Both the position numbers and the translations under genes were made by a program. From contig OY762463.1 of assembly GCA_963665815.1 (NCBI GenBank), forward strand, positions 2,285,949-2,349,948: 64,000 bases of DNA, given 5' to 3'. Below the pieces are notes generated by a model that saw nothing but the letters and a program-made list of their open reading frames with translations, ran no database searches and was not told the DNA's origin. Below are positions 36,285 through 47,507 of this stretch, piece by piece (positions within the stretch are counted from its first letter, which is position 1; the number at the start of each line of letters is the position of its first letter). The DNA comes from Candidatus Cloacimonadales bacterium (GTDB lineage Bacteria; Cloacimonadota; Cloacimonadia; Cloacimonadales; JAIOQZ01).

Positions 36285-38639
36285 TTATTTCAACATTATC
36301 ATTTTGTTTATCAGCGATGACTTTTCTGTTTTGACTTTATAGAAATATACTCCGGATGCTACGCTCTTGTTGTTTTGGTCTGTTCCGTTCCATTTTATTG
36401 TATGATATCCGCTTTCTTGATTTTTATTTATCAACTGCTTAACCTTCTGCCCCTTAATATTATACACTTCAATACAAACATTGCCTTCTTCAGGAAGACT
36501 GTATGATATGGTTGTGGTTGGGTTGAAGGGGTTAGGGTAGTTGTTAGCTGTAACTTTTGTGTCTCTAAAATCTGAATACTTATTGAAATTGCCCACAGGC
36601 TGCCACTCATAACAGCCCATATCTACAGTACTGCCGTATGTTCTGGTGTTTCCTGCCAGATCAAGCAGTGGGAAATTACTGCCTGCTACTGCTCCGGCAT
36701 CCACGCAGGGACTTGTTTCCTGCAATTTGTAATAGTCTGTGCTTGTGCTGTCTCCTCCGACAAACTCAGGCAAAACATCAATATTGGTGTCTTCGTAAGT
36801 AAGTAGATGCTCGTTTTCTTTGGGTATTACCATAACTGATTGCTCTCCACCTAAAATCAGATTATTACTAATCGTGGAGGAGTTCTGGTGATCTACAGTA
36901 CATATTGCTATTTCTCTGGAATCGTACATAGAATATGGATTGTAGAAAATATTATTATATACGTAAGAATTATTACCCACAATTTCAAACTTAACAAGCT
37001 GATCCTGAAAACTGATATAATTATTAGCAAATGTATTATTCCTGACATATGTGTCACCATAAATAGAACCAATATACCCCACAGCCTGTGCGTTGTATGA
37101 TATATTGTTTACTACAAGGTTGTTATCAAATACAACAAGACTGTCTCCAAACAGAACAAAAGCATTTTCATTGAGAGGAGCATAGCTTGTATTTCCATTG
37201 AATATACTGTTGGACACATAAACAGAGTCTGCTGTTACCCTTACTGCATTATCACAACATTCTATATGATACTCTGTTACCTGATTACCGGTGAACTCGC
37301 AATTGTCTATTACTGCTTTGCCAATCCCAGACATAAATAAACCGGAATTACTATCCGTTGATCTACAATTAAGTATTTTAACGTTTCTCAATTCAGCAGA
37401 CTCGCATCCTTCAATCATTAATCCTGCAAAATTTCGAGCATAGCAGTTTTTTATGACAACATCATCTAGTTGTATCTTCCTACCATTATGCCCTCGGAAA
37501 GTCAGTCCTTCACCTACGGGATTTTCTATAGTTAACCCTGATATTTCAATATCTTTGTATTCATACATTGCATAAACAACACGTCTATCTGAAATATACC
37601 CACCAAGATAAGTGACATCTGAGCCTGCTCCGGCTAATCTGCAATGACTCTTCAATACAGGAGTATTAAATCTATCCAGAAACTGGAGCGAATAATCTCC
37701 GGCTGCAATATGAACAGTTTTGGGATTAAGACTGTCTGCCGCCAAAAGCTTGCAGGCATCTACAATTGAATACTTTGGATCATCGGGTGAAAGTCCGGAG
37801 TTAGCATCATCTCCATCCATTGATACATACAAATCTGCATTTACCGGTGTTATGTGTCCTCTGAGAATGTCAAACTGCATGGGATTTCCTGTATATGATG
37901 AAAATAATCTACTGTAGTTTGCATAATATCGGGATGCAACAGCTTCACTGAACTTATCAAGATAAATCATTATTACTTTATCATAATTTCGGGGAATATA
38001 TCGAATTTCAATATCCATACCTCCATATGCCATATTATTGTATATACTGCATCTGTTCACAGAAGAAAAGATCATTTCTGAAGTTAATTCTGGTTTATAA
38101 CAAACTCCCCCCCCTGACCATGAGAAATTATCATGTATATCAAGCCCGGCTAATTCAATATCTACTTCACCGGAAATATAAATTCCTCCTCCAAGATGAG
38201 TAACTTTATTTTCATAAATATCACAATTTGTAATCTTCATATTGCCATCTGCATTAATACTGATGCCACCACCAACGGGACTAACTCCTCCGTAACCATT
38301 GGTAATTGTAAAACCTCTTATTTCTGCATTGTTTACCTGCTGTCCCCAGATTTCTATTACCTTGCCGACACCACAACCATTTAGTATGGTTTCTGCAATA
38401 TAATGATTTTCTCCGGTTAGTGCTTCCATTGAATAAAGTTTTATGCATCTACCGTTAAAATTAAGATTTACTGCATAAAATCCAGGATATACAAGTACAA
38501 TATCACCATCGGATGAGCTGTCTATCGCCTGCTGTATATCGGTAAAATCTCCGCTGCCATCAAGGTTTACTGTATGTGTTAAACTTAACAGTATCAATGG
38601 TACTAGTGTAAGTATAAGTATTGCAAGCTGCTTTTTCAT
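36285..38639 (-). CDS. T9SS-sorted secreted protein with right-handed parallel beta-helix repeats (island paralog A)
   Basis: Signal peptide MKKQLAILILTLVPLILLS. Repeated N-x-h-x-x-N beta-helix-like segments (NNTFANNY, NNLVVNNISY, SNSIFNGNTS). C-terminal NYPNPFNPTTTISYSLPEE...GVYFYKVKTEKSSLINKMIMLK is a T9SS C-terminal domain. Confidence 0.8.
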   Translation of the reverse strand: MKKQLAILILTLVPLILLSLTHTVNLDGSGDFTDIQQAIDSSSDGDIVLVYPGFYAVNLNFNGRCIKLYSMEALTGENHYIAETILNGCGVGKVIEIWGQQVNNAEIRGFTITNGYGGVSPVGGGISINADGNMKITNCDIYENKVTHLGGGIYISGEVDIELAGLDIHDNFSWSGGGVCYKPELTSEMIFSSVNRCSIYNNMAYGGMDIEIRYIPRNYDKVIMIYLDKFSEAVASRYYANYSRLFSSYTGNPMQFDILRGHITPVNADLYVSMDGDDANSGLSPDDPKYSIVDACKLLAADSLNPKTVHIAAGDYSLQFLDRFNTPVLKSHCRLAGAGSDVTYLGGYISDRRVVYAMYEYKDIEISGLTIENPVGEGLTFRGHNGRKIQLDDVVIKNCYARNFAGLMIEGCESAELRNVKILNCRSTDSNSGLFMSGIGKAVIDNCEFTGNQVTEYHIECCDNAVRVTADSVYVSNSIFNGNTSYAPLNENAFVLFGDSLVVFDNNLVVNNISYNAQAVGYIGSIYGDTYVRNNTFANNYISFQDQLVKFEIVGNNSYVYNNIFYNPYSMYDSREIAICTVDHQNSSTISNNLILGGEQSVMVIPKENEHLLTYEDTNIDVLPEFVGGDSTSTDYYKLQETSPCVDAGAVAGSNFPLLDLAGNTRTYGSTVDMGCYEWQPVGNFNKYSDFRDTKVTANNYPNPFNPTTTISYSLPEEGNVCIEVYNIKGQKVKQLINKNQESGYHTIKWNGTDQNNKSVASGVYFYKVKTEKSSLINKMIMLK

Positions 38640-38829
38640 AGGTTTCCTTCTTTTGAAATTCTCCTCTATAAAGAGGAGTACTCCGCTTTGCGGAGGGAGG
38701 TGTGTCTCACACCTTCCGAATGGACTTTGTCCTTCCGAATGGTGTGAGATATATTTATTTATTATTGTTAAACCTCAGCCTGTCCTGACTAAATCAGGAC
38801 AGACAGCTCCCTGTATAGGGAGCACTCTT

Positions 38830-41184
38830 TTATTTCAACATTATCATTTTGTTTATTAACGATGATTTTTCTGTTTTGACTTTATAGAAATATACTCCGG
38901 AACCTACGCTCTTATCGTTTTCGTCTGTTCCGTTCCATTTTATTGTATGATGTCCGCTTTCCTTGTGTTCATTTATGAGCTGTTTAACCTTTTGGCCTTT
39001 AATGTTGTAAATTTCAATACAAACATTGCTTTCTTCAGGAAGACTGTATGATATGGTTGTGGTTGGGTTAAAGGGGTTTGGGTAGTTATAAGCAATTAAC
39101 TTTGTGTCTCTAAAAGCTAAATCCTGATTGAAATTACCCACAGGCTGCCATTCATAACAACCTATATCTACAGTACTGCCATATATTCTCTGGTTTCCTG
39201 CCAGATCAAGCAGTGGGAAATTACTGCCTGTTACAGCTCCGGCATCTACACAGGGACTTGTTTCCTGCAATTTGTAATAGTCTGTGCTTGTGCTGTCTCC
39301 TCCGACAAACTCAGGCAAAACATCAATATTGGTGTCTTCGTAAGTAAGTAGATGCTCGTTTTCTTTGGGTATTACCATAACTGATTGCTCTCCACCTAAA
39401 ATCAGATTATTACTAATCGTGGAGGAGTTCTGGTGATCTACAGTACATATTGCTATTTCTCTGGAATCGTACATAGAATATGGATTGTAGAAAATATTAT
39501 TATATACGTAAGAATTATTACCCACAATTTCAAACTTAACAAGCTGATCCTGAAAACTGATATAATTGTTGGCAAATGTATTATTCCTGACATATGTGTC
39601 ACCATAAATAGAACCAATATACCCCACAGCCTGTGCGTTGTATGATATATTGTTTACTACAAGGTTGTTATCAAATACAACAAGACTGTCTCCAAACAGA
39701 ACAAAAGCATTTTCATTGAGAGGAGCATAGCTTGTATTTCCATTGAATATACTGTTGGACACATAAACAGAGTCTGCTGTTACCCTTACTGCATTATCAC
39801 AACATTCTATATGATACTCTGTTACCTGATTACCGGTGAATTCGCAGCTATCTATGATTGCTTTACCAATACCATACATGTATAGTCCTGATTTGCTGTC
39901 TGTTGCCCTGCAATTCAGAATTTTCACATTCCTTAGCTCAACATAATCGCAATCTTCAATCATTAAGCCAGTAATACTCCTGTCATAACAATTTTTTATG
40001 ACAACATCCTTTAGTCTCACAGACTTACCATTATCCCCCCGAAAAGTCAATCCTTCCCCGACAGGATTTTCTATTGTCAATCCGGATATTTCAATATCCT
40101 TGTATTCATACATTGCATACATAATACGTCTTTCCAATAAATAACCGCCAAGATAAGTGACATCTGAGCCTGCTCCGGCTAATCTGCAATGACTCTTTAA
40201 TACAGGAGTATTAAATCTGTTTAGAAACTGAAATGAGTAATCTCCAGCTGCAATATGTATAGTTTTGGGATTAAGACTGTCTGCTGCTATAAGCCTGCAG
40301 GCATCTACTATTGAATACTTTGGATCATCGGGTGAAAGTCCTGAGTTTGCATCATCTCCATCCATGGATATATACAAATCAGAATTTACAGGAGTTATGT
40401 GTCCTCTGAGAATATCAAACTGCATGGGATTTGCTGTATATGATGAATATAAACTACTGTAGTTTGCATAATATCGGGATGGTATAGCTTCGCTGAATTT
40501 ATCAAGATAAATCATTGTCACCTTGTCATAATCGCGGGGAATGTATCTAATTGATAAATCCATTCCTATGTACGCCATATTATTATATATACTGCATCTG
40601 TTAACTGAGGAGAAAATTAGTTCCGTAGTTAACTCGGGTTCACAGTATATCCCCCCCCCCCCCCAGGAGAAATTATCATGTATACTTATCCCGGAGAGTT
40701 CAATAATTAAATCTCCAGCAATAAAAATGCCTCCTCCAACACGCTCAACTCGGTTATCATATATTTCGCAATTAGCAATCTTCATATCACCATCGGCATT
40801 AATGCTGATACCTCCCCCCACAACGTGATCTTCTCCATATCCATTAGTAATTGTGAAACCTCTTATTTCTGCATTATTAACCTGCTGATCCCAGATTTCT
40901 ATTACTTTGCCAACCCCACACCCATTTAGTATGGTTTCTGCAATATAATGATCTTCTCCGGTTAGTGCTTCCATAGAGTAAAGCTTTATGGATCTACCGT
41001 TAAAATTGAGGTTTACTGCATAAAATCCAGGATACACAAGTACTATATCACCATCGGAAGAACTGTCTATTGCTTGTTGTATATCAGTAAAATCTCCGCT
41101 GCCATCAAGGTTTACTGTATGTGTTAAACTTAACAGTATCAATGGTACTAGTGTAAGTATAAGTATTGCAAGCTGCTTTTTCAT
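38830..41184 (-). CDS. T9SS-sorted secreted protein with right-handed parallel beta-helix repeats (island paralog B)
   Basis: Start at ATG 41184 (MKKQLAILIL, same as paralog A). The 16-codon extension in the ORF track lies in the structured leader. 784 aa, collinear with A. Confidence 0.8.
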   Translation of the reverse strand: MKKQLAILILTLVPLILLSLTHTVNLDGSGDFTDIQQAIDSSSDGDIVLVYPGFYAVNLNFNGRSIKLYSMEALTGEDHYIAETILNGCGVGKVIEIWDQQVNNAEIRGFTITNGYGEDHVVGGGISINADGDMKIANCEIYDNRVERVGGGIFIAGDLIIELSGISIHDNFSWGGGGIYCEPELTTELIFSSVNRCSIYNNMAYIGMDLSIRYIPRDYDKVTMIYLDKFSEAIPSRYYANYSSLYSSYTANPMQFDILRGHITPVNSDLYISMDGDDANSGLSPDDPKYSIVDACRLIAADSLNPKTIHIAAGDYSFQFLNRFNTPVLKSHCRLAGAGSDVTYLGGYLLERRIMYAMYEYKDIEISGLTIENPVGEGLTFRGDNGKSVRLKDVVIKNCYDRSITGLMIEDCDYVELRNVKILNCRATDSKSGLYMYGIGKAIIDSCEFTGNQVTEYHIECCDNAVRVTADSVYVSNSIFNGNTSYAPLNENAFVLFGDSLVVFDNNLVVNNISYNAQAVGYIGSIYGDTYVRNNTFANNYISFQDQLVKFEIVGNNSYVYNNIFYNPYSMYDSREIAICTVDHQNSSTISNNLILGGEQSVMVIPKENEHLLTYEDTNIDVLPEFVGGDSTSTDYYKLQETSPCVDAGAVTGSNFPLLDLAGNQRIYGSTVDIGCYEWQPVGNFNQDLAFRDTKLIAYNYPNPFNPTTTISYSLPEESNVCIEIYNIKGQKVKQLINEHKESGHHTIKWNGTDENDKSVGSGVYFYKVKTEKSSLINKMIMLK
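40651..40664. repeat. Homopolymeric tract: C14 on plus strand = G14 in the coding strand of paralog B
   Basis: Read directly from the sequence. Encodes W-G-G-G-G in ...DNFSWGGGGIYCEPE. Paralog A has G8 at the homologous site (38107..38114). Confidence 0.95.
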
Positions 41185-41294
41185 AGGTTTCCTTCTTTGA
41201 AATTCTCCTCTATGAAGAGGAGTACTCCGCAATGCGGAGAGAGGTGTGAGAAAATTATGTTTTATGTAGCCACACCATTCGGAAGGGGAAAATA

Positions 41295-43817
41295 CTATTT
41301 CAACATTATCATTTTGTTTATTAACGATGATTTTTCTGTTTTGACTTTATAGAAATATACTCCGGAACCTACACTTTTGTTGTTTTCGTCTGTCCCGTTC
41401 CATTTAATTGCATGATGTCCACTTTCCTTGTGCTCATTCACCAGTTGTTTTACCTTTTGGCCTTTAATGTTGTAAATTTCAATACAGACATTGCTTTCTT
41501 CAGGAAGACTGTATGATATGGTTGTGGTTGGGTTAAACGGATTAGGGTAGTTCTTACCGGTAAAGGAATAAGCTTCCGGAGCTTCTTCTTCCTTGTAATC
41601 ATGCTCAACATAAGATATTCTGACTCTCTGATGCTCAGGACTCAGTCTGATATCCTTCTCCATATACTTTTTCTGTTCCGCATCATAAACTTGCAGATTC
41701 TCTGAGAAAACCTCTTCACGTTCTCCATACCATTTTACAATATCAATATTGGCATCATAAAGGTCATCTGTAACATATGCGAATACTGCAGCATCCTGAC
41801 CATGAACAACAGAAGCACCAATACATTCACCATTGGCATATACAGCAATTTCCTGAGGAATATCATCCGGAGCGAACTCAAATACAAATGTATTATAATC
41901 AGCTTGTTCAGTATAGTCAAAATAATTCAGATCCGTATCTGCCTCAATATTATTGAAAACAGTAGTAACAACATTTCCACCACCTGTGGATACAAAGCCT
42001 TCATCCCAGATGAATGACGCAGGGTTTTCAGTTTCAACCACTATCATATCACCGTATTGTACGCCATCATAATAACTCTGGTTTGCCACACCTTCCCAGG
42101 TGATAATCATCTGAGAAAACAGACTGTCTCCTATAATTTCTACGTGTTTTTCGTAAGACCAATATTGACCATGAATTCTCTTAAGCTGGTTACCTAAAGT
42201 ACCACCAAAAGCTGATACTGGAGAAGTTGATGATTCCGAACCATAATAGCACACCCAAGTTTCTACTTCACCAAATGGTATGCTTACCGGCTCATCATTT
42301 CTGATACATACTCCATGATAATTATTGATCGCTGCTCCATTATCAATCTGAACCTTATAACCTTTGTACTGCTTGATAATTTCAGATTCATCATCCCAAT
42401 ATCCACCTTCATTTTCTGATGTTGTTACAATCATTGCTTCATTATCATAGTCTGGAGTCTGGTAACTGAATTGATGAACAGTAAATGGGTCGTCATCATC
42501 CATAAACTCAGCAAAGAAACCATCCAACTGGTCATGATTACCAATTGGATCAATAACGGGGAAACCAACCCAGAACCAGTTCTCGGTTTTAGGATCATCA
42601 GTATCAAACTGGTAGTTAAGGCGTTTGTCGTCAAACTGGTATGCTCCAACGTCAACTGTAGTTCCATCAGTTGCAAATACATTACCTATACAATCTGATT
42701 TCCCATCGTTATCCCAGTTTAAAGTATAATCACCGTTATCAGGGTCAGTGAAATAAGGATCAGTAATTTGAGTTAATCCTGCCGGATATGTCACACTTTC
42801 ATCTCCGCTCAAATAAACGGAATTAGTGTATGTTCCTGTTGATGGTGGATATTCAATAATGCTGTTTTCGCAGGTATTTACTCCGCAAATAATTGGTCTC
42901 CAGGCGCTATCATGTAAAAGTGTACTATTTTCAATATTGATTCCATTGGTTAGGAACTGGCAGGGAGTTCCAACATAAGTTTGGATACGATTATCATAAG
43001 TAACTACTTTTTCAAACGTTGTTGTACAACCAGTTCGGCAATTACTCACAATAGAACAAGATGTATTATCAGGAATTACACCTCCAGTGTACAAAGGTCT
43101 GCTGAAACAATCATGAATGTGAACATTCTCAAGAGTGATATCTGCATTACCTACCCCAAAAACAGCTGCACCTGTTGGAGCAGTTCCATTCTCAATACTG
43201 AGATTTATTAGATGAACTTCAGCGTTCTGAACTCCCACAACAGATTTGTAAGCATTTCCTCTTAATATAGTCAGTCCCGGTCCTTCTCCAATTATTGTCA
43301 GATCTTTATTCGTTATTCCGCAATATCCGGTATATGTTCCTGATGGAAGTGTAATTGTATCACCGCTCGAAGCATTGCTTATCAAGGTTTGCAAAGGACT
43401 TACCATGTCGGCCGGAAACTGACTGATATTATCAGTTATTGAACCTACAACATATTCCACATTGAACTCATCTGTTTCATACAAGACAATACTATAATAA
43501 CTGGTTCTTACACTTCCGGTATTATTGGAACCGTTAATGTCGAAATCAAACGTAACACCCCAAAAGTTAAAAGATACACCATCAATTGTTAACCAGTTTG
43601 AGTCTGTTGTAACTTCGAATCTTTGACAGTTGTCCGGGATTCCATTTAAAAAATCATAATCGATTTCAAAAGATGTTGATGTTCCTGTTGTCCAGAATGG
43701 ACCTGTAAAGTAATTTAGTCCTGGAAATTGGTCATAGCGATATGGACTGCTGAATGAAATACTGAATAGTCCAATTGCTAATCCAGTCAAAATAAGTACG
43801 AGATAAATTTTTTTCAT
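41295..43817 (-). CDS. T9SS-sorted large secreted protein (island paralog C; divergent N-terminal two thirds, same C-terminal sorting domain)
   Basis: Start at ATG 43817 (MKKIYLVLILTGLAIGLFS), preceded by GAAGGAGAAAATA. The C-terminal 85 aa are about 90% identical at nucleotide level to paralog B. Confidence 0.8.
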   Translation of the reverse strand: MKKIYLVLILTGLAIGLFSISFSSPYRYDQFPGLNYFTGPFWTTGTSTSFEIDYDFLNGIPDNCQRFEVTTDSNWLTIDGVSFNFWGVTFDFDINGSNNTGSVRTSYYSIVLYETDEFNVEYVVGSITDNISQFPADMVSPLQTLISNASSGDTITLPSGTYTGYCGITNKDLTIIGEGPGLTILRGNAYKSVVGVQNAEVHLINLSIENGTAPTGAAVFGVGNADITLENVHIHDCFSRPLYTGGVIPDNTSCSIVSNCRTGCTTTFEKVVTYDNRIQTYVGTPCQFLTNGINIENSTLLHDSAWRPIICGVNTCENSIIEYPPSTGTYTNSVYLSGDESVTYPAGLTQITDPYFTDPDNGDYTLNWDNDGKSDCIGNVFATDGTTVDVGAYQFDDKRLNYQFDTDDPKTENWFWVGFPVIDPIGNHDQLDGFFAEFMDDDDPFTVHQFSYQTPDYDNEAMIVTTSENEGGYWDDESEIIKQYKGYKVQIDNGAAINNYHGVCIRNDEPVSIPFGEVETWVCYYGSESSTSPVSAFGGTLGNQLKRIHGQYWSYEKHVEIIGDSLFSQMIITWEGVANQSYYDGVQYGDMIVVETENPASFIWDEGFVSTGGGNVVTTVFNNIEADTDLNYFDYTEQADYNTFVFEFAPDDIPQEIAVYANGECIGASVVHGQDAAVFAYVTDDLYDANIDIVKWYGEREEVFSENLQVYDAEQKKYMEKDIRLSPEHQRVRISYVEHDYKEEEAPEAYSFTGKNYPNPFNPTTTISYSLPEESNVCIEIYNIKGQKVKQLVNEHKESGHHAIKWNGTDENNKSVGSGVYFYKVKTEKSSLINKMIMLK

Positions 43818-44289
43818 TATTTTCTCCTTCTGTGGAGACGAGAAAAAACTTGCACACAAATCATAATCCTGCAATGATGTATTCAGGAAATGGGTTTGTT
43901 GCGGTCTTCTTGCCGGAAGCTATTGTTTGCATTCTCATTTCCGTTTATTGATACTATAATATTGTCATTTTGAAATGGAGTATTTAAGAAACCAGATTAC
44001 TACATTAAGAGAACCTTACTCAGGGAAAAATACATACTTATAAAGAAACACAACTACATATCTGCAAGAATTCAAAATATTGTCTAAGAGCTTTTATCTG
44101 TTGAAACTGTAGATGAATTTCATCGAAGCTCTTTTAATTCTACACCGATATAAAACTTTCCATTTGATCAATTGAGAACAAATCTGGGGGAGGCATGTCA
44201 AGGTATTTTTGCGTATTTTGGAATCCCCCCGTTTTTTCTTGAAAATCTGACTTCAAGATAACTGGAAGGATTTTATCAGACATTTCTTA

Positions 44290-44464
44290 GAAAAATGCAC
44301 TATTCATTTTCTTTGATGCCAAAGAAAACGAAACAAAAGAAAATTGAGAAGTTGATGAAATTGTAAATTTCATCAAAAAGCACTCTTTTTAAAATGTATT
44401 TCCAGTAAACTGGAACCATGAATTTTCCCTAAAATCCTTCCAAGGCTTCAGGATTTCTTAACGG
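44290..44464. repeat. Intergenic structured repeat, copy 2
   Basis: Matches 5719..5857. Carries an extra 39-nt insert containing the hairpin TTGATGAAATT-GTA-AATTTCATCAA. Confidence 0.8.
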
Positions 44465-44753
44465 TTAAATTTATTATACAGTAAAAAAGAGAAAATGCTA
44501 TCATCAATGCAAAACAATCATACTTAGTTCAAAGCTATTACATTGATTCATATTTTCCACTGATTTAATGTTTCAAAACTTTTATTTATAATAAGTTATA
44601 CATACATTGTATTTGGTTTTCGGGGGGATACCTAATTTTTGCGTATTTTCATTTAATTTTTCAGCGGTATGCAAATCAATCTGTTATTGCTCATAACCGA
44701 AATATCAATACGATTTCAATGAAAGTATGTAATCCCTCATTTTAATTATAAGC

Positions 44754-44783
44754 AAAAAACCCCATCGAATTTCTCCGATGGGG
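44754..44783 (-). terminator. Rho-independent terminator of the atp operon
   Basis: On the minus strand: CCCCATCG-GAGAAATT-CGATGGGG followed by T6. Confidence 0.8.
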
Positions 44784-44808
44784 CTTCTTAACAATTTATG
44801 AATTAATG

Positions 44809-46624
<1,816 letters not shown>

Positions 46625-46638
46625 TTATCATTAATTTT

Positions 46639-47487
46639 CTATTGTAAAGCTTCTGCACCGGACGAAATCTCAATAATTTCTGTTGTAATTCCAGCTTGTC
46701 GTACTCTGTTATATTTAAGTGTAAGCGCTTCAATTAACTCTGCTGCGTTATCTGTTGCAGAATCCATAGCAGTCATACGAGCGCCTTGTTCTGCCGCAGA
46801 TGATTCCAGCATGATTCTCCAGATTTCCACATCACCGAACTTATGAGCAAGCTCTTCGATAATAGTCTTTTCATCCGGTTCATACAGATAATCAAGTGTG
46901 CTTATTTCATCAGTTTTAAGTGGAACAATCGGGAATAACTGTTTAACAATCACGTTCTGTTGAATAGCTGATTTGAACTCATTATACAGAACATTCACTT
47001 TTGCATATCCTTTTTCCAGGAATAAGTTAAGCAGGAATGTTCCAATTTCTTTGGAATGAGTAAAATCCATTTCATTGAACAGATACAGATATTTTTCAAT
47101 CACGTTATCAGTTCTTTTCTTGATATGATCAAACCCTTTTTTTCCAAGACAGATAATGTCGGCATCAGGGTTCTTTATTATGTATTCATCAGCTCTTCTT
47201 ATAATGTTTGAGTTAAACGATCCACACAATCCACGGTCAGATGTAACAACTAACAAAGCTTCTTTCCCATCTTTCACTTCGTCGAGTAAAGGATGACCAG
47301 AAAAAGAGTTTTTGTACTTTATACTTGCAAGCATATCATTAAGCATGTTGGCATAAGGTCTTGCTTTCACAATCCTTTCCTGAGCTTTTCTGAGTCTTGC
47401 AGCAGCAACCATTTTCATTGCATTGGTTATTTGCTTAGTACTTTTAACACTATCTATTCTGGTTTTAATCTCTCGTATATTAGCCAT
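46639..47487 (-). CDS. atpG: F1 ATP synthase gamma subunit
   Basis: Characteristic N-terminus IREIKTRIDSVKSTKQITNAMKMVAAARLRKAQ and C-terminal helix ITTEIIEISSGAEAL. Confidence 0.9.
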   Translation of the reverse strand: MANIREIKTRIDSVKSTKQITNAMKMVAAARLRKAQERIVKARPYANMLNDMLASIKYKNSFSGHPLLDEVKDGKEALLVVTSDRGLCGSFNSNIIRRADEYIIKNPDADIICLGKKGFDHIKKRTDNVIEKYLYLFNEMDFTHSKEIGTFLLNLFLEKGYAKVNVLYNEFKSAIQQNVIVKQLFPIVPLKTDEISTLDYLYEPDEKTIIEELAHKFGDVEIWRIMLESSAAEQGARMTAMDSATDNAAELIEALTLKYNRVRQAGITTEIIEISSGAEALQ

Positions 47488-47507
47488 GGATATTCCTTAT
47501 TGTCTGA

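Noticed and set aside
41185-41232. N-terminal extensions proposed by the ORF track. Examples: MRSTPLHRGEFQRRKP before MKKQLAILIL of paralog B; 43818..43874 for paralog C; 5587..5667; 7570..7647; 12758..12832; 19027..19098; 34944..35006.
   Set aside because: In each case an internal ATG is preceded by a good Shine-Dalgarno sequence. It also aligns with the start of a paralog or with the expected start of the domain or signal peptide. The extension overlaps structured leader RNA or the upstream gene.
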